A stretch of DNA of 64,000 nucleotides from Planctomycetota bacterium (GTDB lineage: Bacteria > Planctomycetota > UBA1135 > UBA2386): positions 6,464,001 to 6,528,000 of the forward strand of contig JBKAGP010000001.1 of NCBI GenBank assembly GCA_046290465.1. Direction: 5' to 3'. A program made the translations under genes and the position numbers. The notes beneath the pieces are model-generated. The model saw only the letters and a list, made by a program, of their open reading frames with translations. It was not told the DNA's origin and searched no databases. This document shows positions 9,337 to 18,536 of the stretch, piece by piece; positions within the stretch are counted from its first letter, which is position 1, and the number at the start of each line of letters is the position of its first letter.

Positions 9337-10146
9337 ATGCAACGACCCGGCATCTTCGGCATCGTCAACGTCACCCGCGATTCGTTCAGCGACGGCGGCC
9401 GCTACCTGACCGCCGAGATGGCGTGCGCGCAGGCCGAACGGCTGCGCCTCGCCGGCGCCGACGTGCTCGACCTCGGCGCCGAGTCGACCCACCCCGACTC
9501 CGAGGAGGTCGCTGCCGACGAGGAGATCCGGCGGCTCGAGCCGGTGGTGGGGGCGCTGGTCGAGCAGGGGGCGACGGTGTCGATCGATACGACCAAGGCC
9601 GAGGTGATGCGCGCGATGCTCGGCCTCGGCGCGACCTGGCTCAACGACGTCAACGGCTTCCGCGACGAGGCGGCGATGCAGGTGGCGGCCGACGCCGCCG
9701 CGCAGGTTCGGTTCGTCGTGATGTTCTCGCGGGCCCAGGGCCCGCGCGCCGACCGCAGCTCGCAGGGCGCCGACGGCCTGCTCGACGAGCTGCGCGCGTT
9801 CTTCGACGAGCGCCGCGCGGCGTTCGGCAAGCTGGGCATCGCGCCCGAACGGCTCGTGTTCGACCCGGGCATGGGTTTCTTTCTCGGCCGCGATGCCCTA
9901 CCGAGCCTGACCGTGTTGAAGCACCTGCCCGAACTGACGCACAGCCACGGCCCGCTGCTGGTCAGCGTGTCGCGCAAGTCGTTCCTCGGCGAGGTCACCG
10001 ACAGCCCGGTCACCCAGCGCGGCCCGGCGACGCTGTCGGCCGAGCTGTGGGCGGCGCGGCACGGGGCGGCCTACGTGCGCACCCACGACGTCAAGGCGCT
10101 GCACGACGCCTGCAAGATCGAAATGGTCATCGATGGCACGCCGTAG
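9337..10146 (+). CDS. folP: Dihydropteroate synthase, Sul-like sequence type
   Basis: GIVNVTRDSFSDGG, DLGAESTHP, SIDT, LNDV, DPGMGFFLG, VSRKSF, RTHDV. Confidence 0.95.
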   Translation: MQRPGIFGIVNVTRDSFSDGGRYLTAEMACAQAERLRLAGADVLDLGAESTHPDSEEVAADEEIRRLEPVVGALVEQGATVSIDTTKAEVMRAMLGLGATWLNDVNGFRDEAAMQVAADAAAQVRFVVMFSRAQGPRADRSSQGADGLLDELRAFFDERRAAFGKLGIAPERLVFDPGMGFFLGRDALPSLTVLKHLPELTHSHGPLLVSVSRKSFLGEVTDSPVTQRGPATLSAELWAARHGAAYVRTHDVKALHDACKIEMVIDGTP

Positions 10147-10188
10147 CCGGCCCCTTGGACACCTTCTGTCCACCGAGCCCGATCCGAC

Positions 10189-10947
10189 ATGATTCCCCTC
10201 CGCGACAGCATCCCCGCCAGCCGCACTCCGATCGTGCGCAACGTGTTGATCGGCATCTGCGCCGCGGCGTTCCTGCTGCAGCTGACGGTGGGGCGGGAGA
10301 TGACGTTTGCGCTCGGCATGATCCCCGAACGGCTGCTCGACGGCGACCCCGACGGCGGCCTGACCACGTCGGGACGGCCGTTCGGCATCGCCGGTCCGGT
10401 CTACGTCGATCCGGCCTGGGTGCCGGACTGGCTGACGCTGCTGACCTGCACGTTCCTGCACGGCGGCTGGCTGCACTTCCTCGGCAACATGCTGTTCCTG
10501 TGGATCTTCGGCGACAACGTCGAGGACCGCTTCGGACGGGTGCCGTTTGCGCTGTTCTACCTCGGCTGCGGCGTCGCCGCGTCGGTCGCGCACCTGCTGG
10601 CATCGCCCGGATCCCCGATCCCGACCATCGGCGCTTCGGGCGCGATCGCCGGCGTGATGGGGGCCTACATGTTCCTCTATCCCAAGGCGAAGGTGCTGAC
10701 GCTGGTGCCGCTGGGCTTCCTGCTGGTCGACTTCGTGCTGCCGGCGCCGCTGTTCCTCGGCTACTGGTTCGTGCTGCAGCTGGTGCAGGGAACGGTCGAC
10801 TCGAGCGTCGGCGGGGGCGTCGCCTGGTGGGCGCACATCGGCGGCTTCGTGGTCGGCGCGGCGGTCGCCGGTGGGCTGAAATGGTCCACGCGTCTGCGGC
10901 CCGCACCGCAGTCGATCGTGCTGACCGGCCGACGTCGCCGGCGGTGA
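10189..10947 (+). CDS. Rhomboid family intramembrane serine protease
   Basis: FLHGGWLHFLGNMLFLWIFGDNVED, GASGAIAG (catalytic Ser), AHIGGF (catalytic His). Confidence 0.95.
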   Translation: MIPLRDSIPASRTPIVRNVLIGICAAAFLLQLTVGREMTFALGMIPERLLDGDPDGGLTTSGRPFGIAGPVYVDPAWVPDWLTLLTCTFLHGGWLHFLGNMLFLWIFGDNVEDRFGRVPFALFYLGCGVAASVAHLLASPGSPIPTIGASGAIAGVMGAYMFLYPKAKVLTLVPLGFLLVDFVLPAPLFLGYWFVLQLVQGTVDSSVGGGVAWWAHIGGFVVGAAVAGGLKWSTRLRPAPQSIVLTGRRRRR

Positions 10948-11001
10948 CGGAAAAAGCGTGAACCGATCGGGGAAAGCGGTTCGTTGGCGGCCGAACCGAT
11001 C

Positions 11002-13293
11002 ATGCAGCTCTCCCGATCCCTCGGCGCCGTCGCGCGCTACGCGACCCCGTTCGCGACGCTCTCCCCGCTCCTGTTGGCCCAGGTCCCGTCGACTCCGGTT
11101 GCGAGCAACCAGAACCCGACGACCCAGACGCCGACCAGTCAGAACCCGACCAACCAGACCCCGACCGGTCAGAACCCGACCGGTCCGACCCCGACCGGGC
11201 CGACCGCGACCGGGCCGACCGCCGTCCGTGCGCGCCCCGACTCGACGCAGGGTCCTGGCCGCCGCGTGTTCGTCACTGCGTCCCGGACCACGCGCGATCC
11301 GTTCGAGACGCCGCGCGCGGTCGACGTGGTCGACCTCGAGGACCTGCAGCGCAACCAGTTCCGCTCGGTCCCGCAGGCGCTGCGCAACCTGCCCAGCACG
11401 TTCATCCAGGAGACCTCGCCCGGCCAGGGCTCGCCGTACATCCGCGGCTTCACCGCCTACAACAACCTGATGCTGATCGACGGCATCCGGCTGAACAACT
11501 CGACGTTCCGCTCGGGGCCCAACCAGTACTGGGCGACCATCGATCCGATGTCGCTGTCGCGCATCGAGGTGGTGCGCGGCCCGGCCTCGACGCTGTGGGG
11601 CAGCGACGCCGTCGGCGGCACCGTGCAGGTGTTCACCAAGAGCCCGTCGCGCTACGGCACCGAGGGCGTGCGCTACGGCGGCGAGGTCTACGGCCGCTAC
11701 GCGACGGCCGAGGACTCGGTCGCGGCGCGCGGCGAGATCCACGTCGGCTTCACGCGCGAGGACGGCCTGCGCTCCGGCATCCTGATCGGCGGCAGCGCGC
11801 GGTCGCTCGGCGAGATCGAGGGCGGCAGCGCCACCGGTCGCCAGCCCAACACCGACCACGAGGAGAACGGCTTCGACCTCAAGTTCGAACACTGGCTCGA
11901 CCGGGACACCAAGCTGGTGTTCCTGCACCAGGAGTTCTCGCAGGACAACGTGCCGCGTACGCACTCGACCAACCAGGGCGTCTCGTGGCGCGGCGCGACG
12001 CCGGGCAGCGACCAGCGACGCGACAACGACCAGAACCGCCGCCTGAGCTACGTTCAGCTGCACAAGGACGGCATGGAAGGCGGCATGGAGTCGATGAAGC
12101 TGTCGCTGTCGTGGCAGACCCAGCAGTGGGTCGAGGACCGCCTGCGCAGCAACGGCACGTCGTCGACGTTCGACTCGTTCACGGTCGGCACGCTCGGCTT
12201 CTTCGCGCAGTTCGAGTCGGCCAGCCCGTTCGGCCACCTGACCTACGGCGTCGACTACTACCGCGACAACGTCAACAGCTCGCGCCGCCGCGACACCTAC
12301 CGCACCGGCGACGAGATCCAGGGCAAGGTCGGCAACGACGCCAGCTACGACCTGCTCGGCGTGTTCCTGCAGGATGTGCTGCCCCTCACCGACGACGTGC
12401 GCATCGAGGCGGGCGTGCGCTACACCTACGCCGCGGTCGACGCCGACAGCGTGCGCGACCCGTCGACCAATGGCCGCATCGGGGTCAGCAACGACTGGGA
12501 CGAGTTCACCGCCAACATCCGCGGCCTCGTCAACCTGACCGACGAGGTCAACCTGTACGCCGGCGCCAGCCAGGGCTTCCGCGCGCCGTCGCTGACCGAT
12601 CTGACCAGCTTCGACGTCGCGCGCAGCGGCGAGCAGGAGATCCCGGTCACCGACCTCGACGAAGAGCGCTTCGTCGGCTACGAGGTCGGCGCCAAGGTCC
12701 GCACCAGCCGCTTCTCGGCGCAGGCTGCGTGGTTCTACACCGACATCCAGGACCAGATCCTGCGCTTCCCGACCGGCACGACCAACCTGGCGGGCGACCC
12801 GATCGTCACCAAGGGCAACGTCGGCGACGGCTACATCCAGGGCGCCGAACTCAGCTACGCGGTCGAGGTCGTCGAGCGCACCGAGCTGTTCGGCTCGCAC
12901 AGCTACCAGTACGGGCGGATCTCGAACTTCCAGGACCCGAGCAGCCCGAACGTGATCAGCAACGACTACCCGACGCGCCTGATGCCGCTGCAGAACGTGA
13001 TCGGCGTGCGCTGGGAGAACGCCGAGGGCACGTTCCACGCCGCGACCACGGTGGTGCGGGCCGAAGACGCCGACAAGCTGTCGTTCCGCGACCAGGGCGA
13101 CACCCAGCGGATCCCGCCGGGCGGCACGCCGAGCTACACGATCTGGAACGCCAGCTGTGGCTGGCAGATGACCGAGCAGGCGAGCCTCGAGTGCGCCATC
13201 GAGAACATCACCAACGTCGACTACCGCGTGCACGGCTCGGGCAGCAACAGCCTGGGCACGAACTTCGTGTTCGGCATGCGCGTGACGTTCTGA
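11002..13293 (+). CDS. TonB-dependent outer-membrane receptor
   Basis: VFVTASR TonB-box-like; plug PYIRGF...LMLIDGIRLN; RIEVVRGPASTLWGSDAVGGTV; GFRAPSL; ENITNVDY; C-terminal Phe. Confidence 0.95.
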   Translation: MQLSRSLGAVARYATPFATLSPLLLAQVPSTPVASNQNPTTQTPTSQNPTNQTPTGQNPTGPTPTGPTATGPTAVRARPDSTQGPGRRVFVTASRTTRDPFETPRAVDVVDLEDLQRNQFRSVPQALRNLPSTFIQETSPGQGSPYIRGFTAYNNLMLIDGIRLNNSTFRSGPNQYWATIDPMSLSRIEVVRGPASTLWGSDAVGGTVQVFTKSPSRYGTEGVRYGGEVYGRYATAEDSVAARGEIHVGFTREDGLRSGILIGGSARSLGEIEGGSATGRQPNTDHEENGFDLKFEHWLDRDTKLVFLHQEFSQDNVPRTHSTNQGVSWRGATPGSDQRRDNDQNRRLSYVQLHKDGMEGGMESMKLSLSWQTQQWVEDRLRSNGTSSTFDSFTVGTLGFFAQFESASPFGHLTYGVDYYRDNVNSSRRRDTYRTGDEIQGKVGNDASYDLLGVFLQDVLPLTDDVRIEAGVRYTYAAVDADSVRDPSTNGRIGVSNDWDEFTANIRGLVNLTDEVNLYAGASQGFRAPSLTDLTSFDVARSGEQEIPVTDLDEERFVGYEVGAKVRTSRFSAQAAWFYTDIQDQILRFPTGTTNLAGDPIVTKGNVGDGYIQGAELSYAVEVVERTELFGSHSYQYGRISNFQDPSSPNVISNDYPTRLMPLQNVIGVRWENAEGTFHAATTVVRAEDADKLSFRDQGDTQRIPPGGTPSYTIWNASCGWQMTEQASLECAIENITNVDYRVHGSGSNSLGTNFVFGMRVTF
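11110..11222 (+). repeat. Degenerate 15-nt in-frame repeats encoding a QNPTT/QTPTS/PTG linker
   Basis: cagaacccgacgacc, cagacgccgaccagt, cagaacccgaccaac and similar units between the signal peptide and the TonB box. Confidence 0.75.
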
Positions 13294-13400
13294 GTGCGAT
13301 TCCGGGCCGCTGGCCCGCGGATTTCCGGCAGGCGCCCCGCCAGGTTGGCACGTCCGACCGGCGGGTCTCGAAATGGGGCACCCTGGGAGCCGTCGCGTTC

Positions 13401-13428
13401 TCAAGTTCGTCCTACGGGTTCCCGATGA
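13401..13428 (+). promoter_or_regulatory. Candidate sigma28-like promoter (TCAAG-N16-CCGATGA) of the actin operon
   Basis: TCAAG 13401-13405 and CCGAT 13422-13426, upstream of ATG 13471. Confidence 0.3.
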
Positions 13429-13470
13429 GAGGCCCGTCGCACACCGCAACCCGGTGCCGGCACGAGGCCA

Positions 13471-14280
13471 ATGGAATCCGTCAACGAGATCAAGGAAGCG
13501 CTGTCGGCGCGTTCGCGCACCGCGACCCTCGACGAGCTCAAGAGCGAGGGGCGCAAGCGCGTTCGCCTGATCCGCGCCGAGCACGTCGCGCAGATGATCA
13601 GCGAGGCGGTGCATGCGGCGATCGAGCACTCGGGCCTGCTCGGCCAGGACGAGGTCGACTTGCTCATCGAGAAGAGCCGGACCGAGTTCAAGTCGATCCT
13701 GCGCGAGCGCGAGCAGGAGCTGCAGACGGCGCGTGAGAACGAGGAGCAGCTCGAGGCCAAGGAACACGAGCTGACCGAGCTGAAGTCGCGCTTCAGCGAG
13801 CTGACCCGTTCGCTCGCTTCGACCCGCGCCGAGCTCGAGCAGACCAGGAACGAACTCGAGGTCGCACGCGACCTGCCGGCGCCGGCTGCGCCCGAGGCGG
13901 CGGCGCAACCTGCACCGGCGGCGATGTCGCCCGACATGATGATGTCGATGATGCAGGAGCTGGCCAACCTCAAGGCCAGCATGGCGCATCAGCAGCAGCC
14001 GCAGGGCGCACAGCAGGAGCAGGCCGCGTCGCCGGACTTCTCGGCCGCGCTCGACAAGCTGGCCGGAACGCTCAACGACCGACTCGACAGCTTCGGCAAG
14101 AAGATGGGCATCAGCTCCGCCGTCGGCGGCGATGGCCCGGTCGACTTCGGCGCGATGTTCAAGGACGACGACGACAACAAGCTCGAGTCGAACATGGAGA
14201 ACATTCAGGTGAAGCAGAAGGCCGCCGGGGGGATCGCGGCCAACCTCGCGAAGCTGAAGAAACTGAAGGGCGGCGGCTGA
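13471..14280 (+). CDS. Coiled-coil protein with basic amphipathic C-terminal helix; putative partner of the downstream actin-like protein
   Basis: E/K/L-rich heptad region (about aa 65-132), Ala/Pro linkers, C-terminus GGIAANLAKLKKLKGGG; 56 nt from the next gene on the same strand. Confidence 0.8.
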   Translation: MESVNEIKEALSARSRTATLDELKSEGRKRVRLIRAEHVAQMISEAVHAAIEHSGLLGQDEVDLLIEKSRTEFKSILREREQELQTARENEEQLEAKEHELTELKSRFSELTRSLASTRAELEQTRNELEVARDLPAPAAPEAAAQPAPAAMSPDMMMSMMQELANLKASMAHQQQPQGAQQEQAASPDFSAALDKLAGTLNDRLDSFGKKMGISSAVGGDGPVDFGAMFKDDDDNKLESNMENIQVKQKAAGGIAANLAKLKKLKGGG

Positions 14281-14336
14281 TCGCAGAGTCGCCGACGCGG
14301 ACACACAACCAACCGGGAAGAGAAGGCGGAAGAGCT

Positions 14337-15380
14337 ATGACTGAACAAGACGACATTGATCCGAACATCGATCAGGGCACCGAGACCGCGGTCGGCCTCG
14401 GCAAGGGCCTGGACGTGGGCACCGCGAACCTGGCGGCGGCCGTGCAGAACGACGAAGGCGGCATCACCGTCAACGTCGAGCGCAACGCGTTCCTGGACAT
14501 CCCGAGCGACGTTTACAGCAAGAACATGCTGACGAAGCTCAAGGTCCCGTACGTCGTGCACAACGGCAAGCTGGTCGTGATCGGCGAGGCGGCGTTCGAG
14601 CTGGCCAACGTCTTCGGCCGCGAGACCCGCCGCCCGATGGCGGACGGCCTGGTCAGCCCGAACGAGCAGGACGCGCTGCCGATGATGAAGATGATCATCC
14701 AGAAGATCCTGGGCGAGCCCCAGGAGCCGGGTGAGAACTGCTACTTCTGCGTGCCGGCCGAGTCGCTGGACGTCGACAACAACGTCGTCTACCACCAGGG
14801 CCTGTTCGAGAGCATGATCAGCAAGCTCGGCTACAAGGCCCACGCGATCAACGAAGCCCACGCGGTGATCTTCTCGGAACTGGCCGAGAACGACTTCACC
14901 GGCATCGGCCTCTCGTTCGGCGGCGGCATGGCCAACGCCTGCATCGCCTACAAGTCGATCCCGTGCCTGTCGTTCTCGGTGGCGCGCGGCGGCGACTGGA
15001 TCGACAAGAACGTGTCGAGCGTGCTGGGCGTCCCGCGCAGCAAGGCGACGGCGATCAAGGAGCGCGGCATCGACATCCGCGATCCCAAGAGCCGCGAGGA
15101 GGAGGCGGTCGCGATCTACTACCGCAGCCTGATCAACTACGTGCTCGAGAACATCAAGTCGCGCTTCGAGTCGGGCCAGAACATGCCCAGCTTCAACGAG
15201 CCGATCGACATCGCCTGCGCTGGCGGCACGTCGATGGTCGGCGGCTTCATCGAGGTCTTCCGCGAGGAGTTCGCGAAGATCGACTTCCCGATCCCGGTCG
15301 GTCGCATCTTCCGCAGCGAAGAGGCCCTGACGGCGGTGGCGAAGGGCTGCCTGGTCGCCGCGGCGATCGGCGAAGAGTAG
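14337..15380 (+). CDS. Actin-like ATPase, volactin-like family
   Basis: Phosphate-1 GLDVGTAN; ETRRPMADG; INEAHAVIFSELAENDFTGIGLSFGGGMANAC (connect-1 and phosphate-2); FSVARGGDWID; adenosine AGGTSMVGGF; AVAKGCL. Confidence 0.88.
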   Translation: MTEQDDIDPNIDQGTETAVGLGKGLDVGTANLAAAVQNDEGGITVNVERNAFLDIPSDVYSKNMLTKLKVPYVVHNGKLVVIGEAAFELANVFGRETRRPMADGLVSPNEQDALPMMKMIIQKILGEPQEPGENCYFCVPAESLDVDNNVVYHQGLFESMISKLGYKAHAINEAHAVIFSELAENDFTGIGLSFGGGMANACIAYKSIPCLSFSVARGGDWIDKNVSSVLGVPRSKATAIKERGIDIRDPKSREEEAVAIYYRSLINYVLENIKSRFESGQNMPSFNEPIDIACAGGTSMVGGFIEVFREEFAKIDFPIPVGRIFRSEEALTAVAKGCLVAAAIGEE

Positions 15381-15438
15381 CGTCGAAGAGCGGGTCGGCC
15401 GGGCAGCCCGCCACCGGGCGGGCGCAGCGGGCCGACGA

Positions 15439-15470
15439 AGCCGGCGGACGGAGCAGCCGGCGGACGGAGC
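15439..15470 (+). repeat. 16-bp direct repeat, 2 copies (AGCCGGCGGACGGAGC)
   Basis: Exact copies at 15439-15454 and 15455-15470. Confidence 0.85.
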
Positions 15471-15472
15471 AG

Positions 15473-15511
15473 AAGGGCGCGACGGGGCCGGGCGGTCCCG
15501 GTCGCGCCCTT
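15473..15511. terminator. Hairpin between convergent genes, probable terminator
   Basis: AAGGGCGCGAC (15473-15483) pairs with GTCGCGCCCTT (15501-15511); no clear U tract. Confidence 0.55.
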
Positions 15512-15531
15512 GCTGCATCGAGGCGTGAGGC

Positions 15532-18504
15532 TCAGAGCTTCAGCCGCACCCGCAGCCAGCTGCTGATCTCGCGCTCCTCGGGCAGCACCGGGTCGAACGA
15601 GAACGCGGCGACGTACAGGTCGAGCCCGGCGAGGAACGGGATCGGCGGCACGAAGAGCTTGGGGGCGGCGCTGGCTGCGCCGTCCAGCGTGCCGCCGAAG
15701 TCCTGGAACACCGGACTCGGGATCAGGCTCGCCTGCAGGATGCCGCCGTCGCGCAGCGGCAGCACGCCGCCGAGCGGCAGCGTGATCGGCGGGTCGATCG
15801 CTTCGCTCAGCGCACAGACGAACGGCATGCCGGCCTCGCCCGGCAGCCGCAGGTCGAACGTCGCCTGCTGGCCCATGGTCACGTCGGTCGCGCCGCCGAG
15901 CCGCTGGCCGTCGAGCAGGAACGCCATCGTCTGCTGCAGCAGCTGCGCGCGCACGTCGTCGTCGAGCAGCGTCTCGAGCGGCACGCCGAGCACGCAGATG
16001 CGCGCACCGGAGCCCGGCTGCACCGTTTGCACACCGGCGCCCAGTCCGTTGCCGTAGCGCAGGCAGGTCGCGCCGTTGGCGGTGGTCGGCACCAGTACGT
16101 CCGGGAAGTCGACGTCGTAGGTCGGGCCGCTGCCGTCGTCGAACGCGGTCGCCGCGACGCCTTCGCTGACGGTGCCGGGGACGCCTGCCTGCAGCGTGTA
16201 GGTGCCGGCGTCGTCGGCGACGTAGGTCGCGCCGAGCGTGTTGCGGAAGAAGGTGCGGTCGCCGGCCGAGCCGAGCCAGTCGAGGTCCCAGCCGACCTCG
16301 GCACCGGTCACCAGCAGCGCGCCGCCGCCGTTGAGGTAGAGCGTCAGCGCGAACTGCTCGACGGTGTCGAGCGTCTCGTCGTCGGTGCTCTCCTCGCCGA
16401 GGCTCCAGACCACCGCGTCGTAGTCGTTGAGCGCGACCCTTCCGAGCTTGACGGCCTCGTTGCTGGCGGCGTCGAAGCCGAGCGAGAAGCGGGCGTCGCG
16501 GCGCAGCGCGGAGCCGAAGCGCGCCAGGTAGTCGCGCGTGTTCTCCGGGCCCTTGACGGTGCGGCCGAGGCGGTCGAAGCCCTGCACCAGCAGCGCCTGC
16601 GCGGTCGCCAGGTGGTCGGTGCCGGCGGTCAGCACCTCGGTCGGGAACGACCGGCCGGTCTGGTTCCACGCCCGCACCCGGAACGAACGGCTGCTGTGGT
16701 GCGGCAGCGGGCCGGTCGACCACGACAGCGTCGTGACGTTGGCGACCTCGACGAAGCCCTTGCCGTCGAGCGACTGCTCGACCGTGTAGAAGGTCGCGCC
16801 GGGGGCGGTGTCCCACGCGACCTGCAGGCCGCGGTTGCCGTCCTGGGTGACGCGCAGCGCCGTCGGCGGCTCGGGCGGGAACGGCGCCAGCGGCGCGAAG
16901 TAGCGCAGCACGCCGCGGGCGTAGGCGCGCGCCGCCAGGTAGCGGAACTCCGGCTCGTGCAGCGAGTCGTGGTCCAGGGAGCCGGGCGTGTCGTGGAACG
17001 CCATCTCGACCAGGATCCCGGGCATGCTGCTCAGCAGCCGCAGTTCGCCGAAGTTGGCCTGCTGCTGGCCGCGGTCGACCCAGCTCGGGTTCCACTCGTT
17101 GCGCAGGTCGTTGATGATCTGCGTGTGCACGGCGTTGCTCAGCGCCGCGGAACCGGCGGTCGCGCCGCCCGAGTAGGTGAACGTGTCGGTGCCGCTGCCA
17201 CCGCCGGCGTTGGTGTGCAGCGACACGAACGCGTCGGCGGTGCGCCACTCGGCGAACCGCGGCCGCGCGGTGACGTCGTCGCTGTTGTCCTGGCCGCCGG
17301 CGACCGAGTTGTAGACCGACGCCGGCGCGCCGGCGAACTGCGCCCAGTAGCGCGCGCACTCGCGCCAGCGTTCCTGCAGCGACGTCGTGCCGCCGCGCAC
17401 GATCGAACCTAGGCCGCCGCCGAGCCGCACCGCGTCGGCGATCACGACGCCCGGGCTCGGCGAGCGGTCGCTGAGCGTGACCGTCGCGCCCTGCTGCGCG
17501 GTGAACCAGTAGTTGCCGAGGTGGGCCCAGGTCAGGTTGTCGACGGTCTGGTCGACCGTGACCTCGTCGACGCCGCCGCTGTGCTGCACCCGGTAGATGG
17601 CCTCCGGGGTGCGGTTGCCGCTGGCGCGGAACCACGCGAACACCGGGTAGAGGCCGTCCTCGGCGACCGGGATCTGCCAGGTCGCCGTGGCGGTCTCGAC
17701 GGTGGGGTTGCTGCTGGCGAAGCGGTAGGTCGAGTTCTGGTAGCCCGACGACGCCGACGTGCTCCAGCCGCCGGTCTCGGTGTAGGCCGGCGCGCCCTGG
17801 TCGTTGTCGGCCAGCCCGTCGACCGCGCGTTCGCCGGGTTCGCGGCAGAACACGACGTCGGCGCCCATGTTCTGCAAGAACGGGATCAGGTAGCGGTTGG
17901 CGATCTGGGCGGTGTGGATGTCCTCGATCAGGCCGCCGATGTTGCCGCGCTGGGTGGTCCAGCCGAGCGACGAGTGCCAGTAGTAGCCGTGGCCGGGCGA
18001 CACCGCGATGCGCTTGCCGGCGAGCGAGCCGAACGAGGCGACCAGTGACGCACCCGGCTGCGCCTGGCCCTGGCCCGGCTGCGGCAGCGGCGGTCGGCCG
18101 AGCGCCTCGCCGAGTTCGACGACCGAGCCGTCGTCGCGCTGCACGTGGATCTCGCAGCGGGACACGCCGGCGGCGGCGAGCACGGTCTTGTCGATCTGTT
18201 CGACCGCGTGCTCGCGCTCACAGCCGGGGGCCGCGCGCAACAGGTCGCTGCTGAACGTGACGCGCACGGTCGCGCCGGTGTGGCGGCAGGCGACCAGCCG
18301 GGTGCCGCGCGGCAGGTGGCTGCGCAGGCCCTGGGCCGCCTGGGCCGCGTCGGGACCGGCGCACAGCTGCCGCATCGCGGCTGCGACATCGGTGTGCAGC
18401 GGCGGCACGGCGCAGAGGTTGCGGTCGCGGAAGAACAGCACGTTCTGGGCGGTCAGGCACGTCGACGTGGCGAGCGTCGCGGCGAGCAGCGGAAGGAGGT
18501 GCAT
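15532..18504 (-). CDS. Secreted multidomain N-acetylmuramoyl-L-alanine amidase (Amidase_3) with GerMN-like, golvesin/Xly-like and FN3 domains
   Basis: Signal peptide; RIAVSPGHG, IEDIHT, FVSLHTNA, LVEMAFHD; inserted ATATW...GLYPVFAW...WAHLGNYWF...VIADAVR domain; FN3 PPTALRV...FRVRAWN. Confidence 0.85.
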   Translation of the reverse strand: MHLLPLLAATLATSTCLTAQNVLFFRDRNLCAVPPLHTDVAAAMRQLCAGPDAAQAAQGLRSHLPRGTRLVACRHTGATVRVTFSSDLLRAAPGCEREHAVEQIDKTVLAAAGVSRCEIHVQRDDGSVVELGEALGRPPLPQPGQGQAQPGASLVASFGSLAGKRIAVSPGHGYYWHSSLGWTTQRGNIGGLIEDIHTAQIANRYLIPFLQNMGADVVFCREPGERAVDGLADNDQGAPAYTETGGWSTSASSGYQNSTYRFASSNPTVETATATWQIPVAEDGLYPVFAWFRASGNRTPEAIYRVQHSGGVDEVTVDQTVDNLTWAHLGNYWFTAQQGATVTLSDRSPSPGVVIADAVRLGGGLGSIVRGGTTSLQERWRECARYWAQFAGAPASVYNSVAGGQDNSDDVTARPRFAEWRTADAFVSLHTNAGGGSGTDTFTYSGGATAGSAALSNAVHTQIINDLRNEWNPSWVDRGQQQANFGELRLLSSMPGILVEMAFHDTPGSLDHDSLHEPEFRYLAARAYARGVLRYFAPLAPFPPEPPTALRVTQDGNRGLQVAWDTAPGATFYTVEQSLDGKGFVEVANVTTLSWSTGPLPHHSSRSFRVRAWNQTGRSFPTEVLTAGTDHLATAQALLVQGFDRLGRTVKGPENTRDYLARFGSALRRDARFSLGFDAASNEAVKLGRVALNDYDAVVWSLGEESTDDETLDTVEQFALTLYLNGGGALLVTGAEVGWDLDWLGSAGDRTFFRNTLGATYVADDAGTYTLQAGVPGTVSEGVAATAFDDGSGPTYDVDFPDVLVPTTANGATCLRYGNGLGAGVQTVQPGSGARICVLGVPLETLLDDDVRAQLLQQTMAFLLDGQRLGGATDVTMGQQATFDLRLPGEAGMPFVCALSEAIDPPITLPLGGVLPLRDGGILQASLIPSPVFQDFGGTLDGAASAAPKLFVPPIPFLAGLDLYVAAFSFDPVLPEEREISSWLRVRLKL

Positions 18505-18536
18505 GGTGGCCGACGATACCGCGATAGACTGTTCGC

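Noticed and set aside
9337..10146. Acquired sul1/sul2 on an integron or transposon
   Set aside because: Clearly divergent from clinical Sul sequences, codon style matches neighbours, and no intI, qacE, ISCR or attC is seen.
13346..13362. Sigma54 promoter (TGGCACG) upstream of the actin operon
   Set aside because: The -12 TTGC element is missing at the required spacing.
9898..14304. 1468-aa minus-strand ORF and similar long Arg/Ala-rich ORFs (e.g. 5165-8092, 36659-39496, 52706-55450, 62910-63713)
   Set aside because: Antisense or shifted-frame shadows of well-supported genes, expected in high-GC DNA; no recognisable motifs.
14337..15380. Calling the actin mreB, ftsA or mamK
   Set aside because: Phosphate-2 and family motifs differ, and mreCD, ftsZ and mam genes are absent from the neighbourhood.
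13471..15511. ParMRC plasmid partition system
   Set aside because: No iterated centromere array, no ribbon-helix-helix in the partner, chromosomal context; the 16-bp repeat has only two copies and lies downstream.
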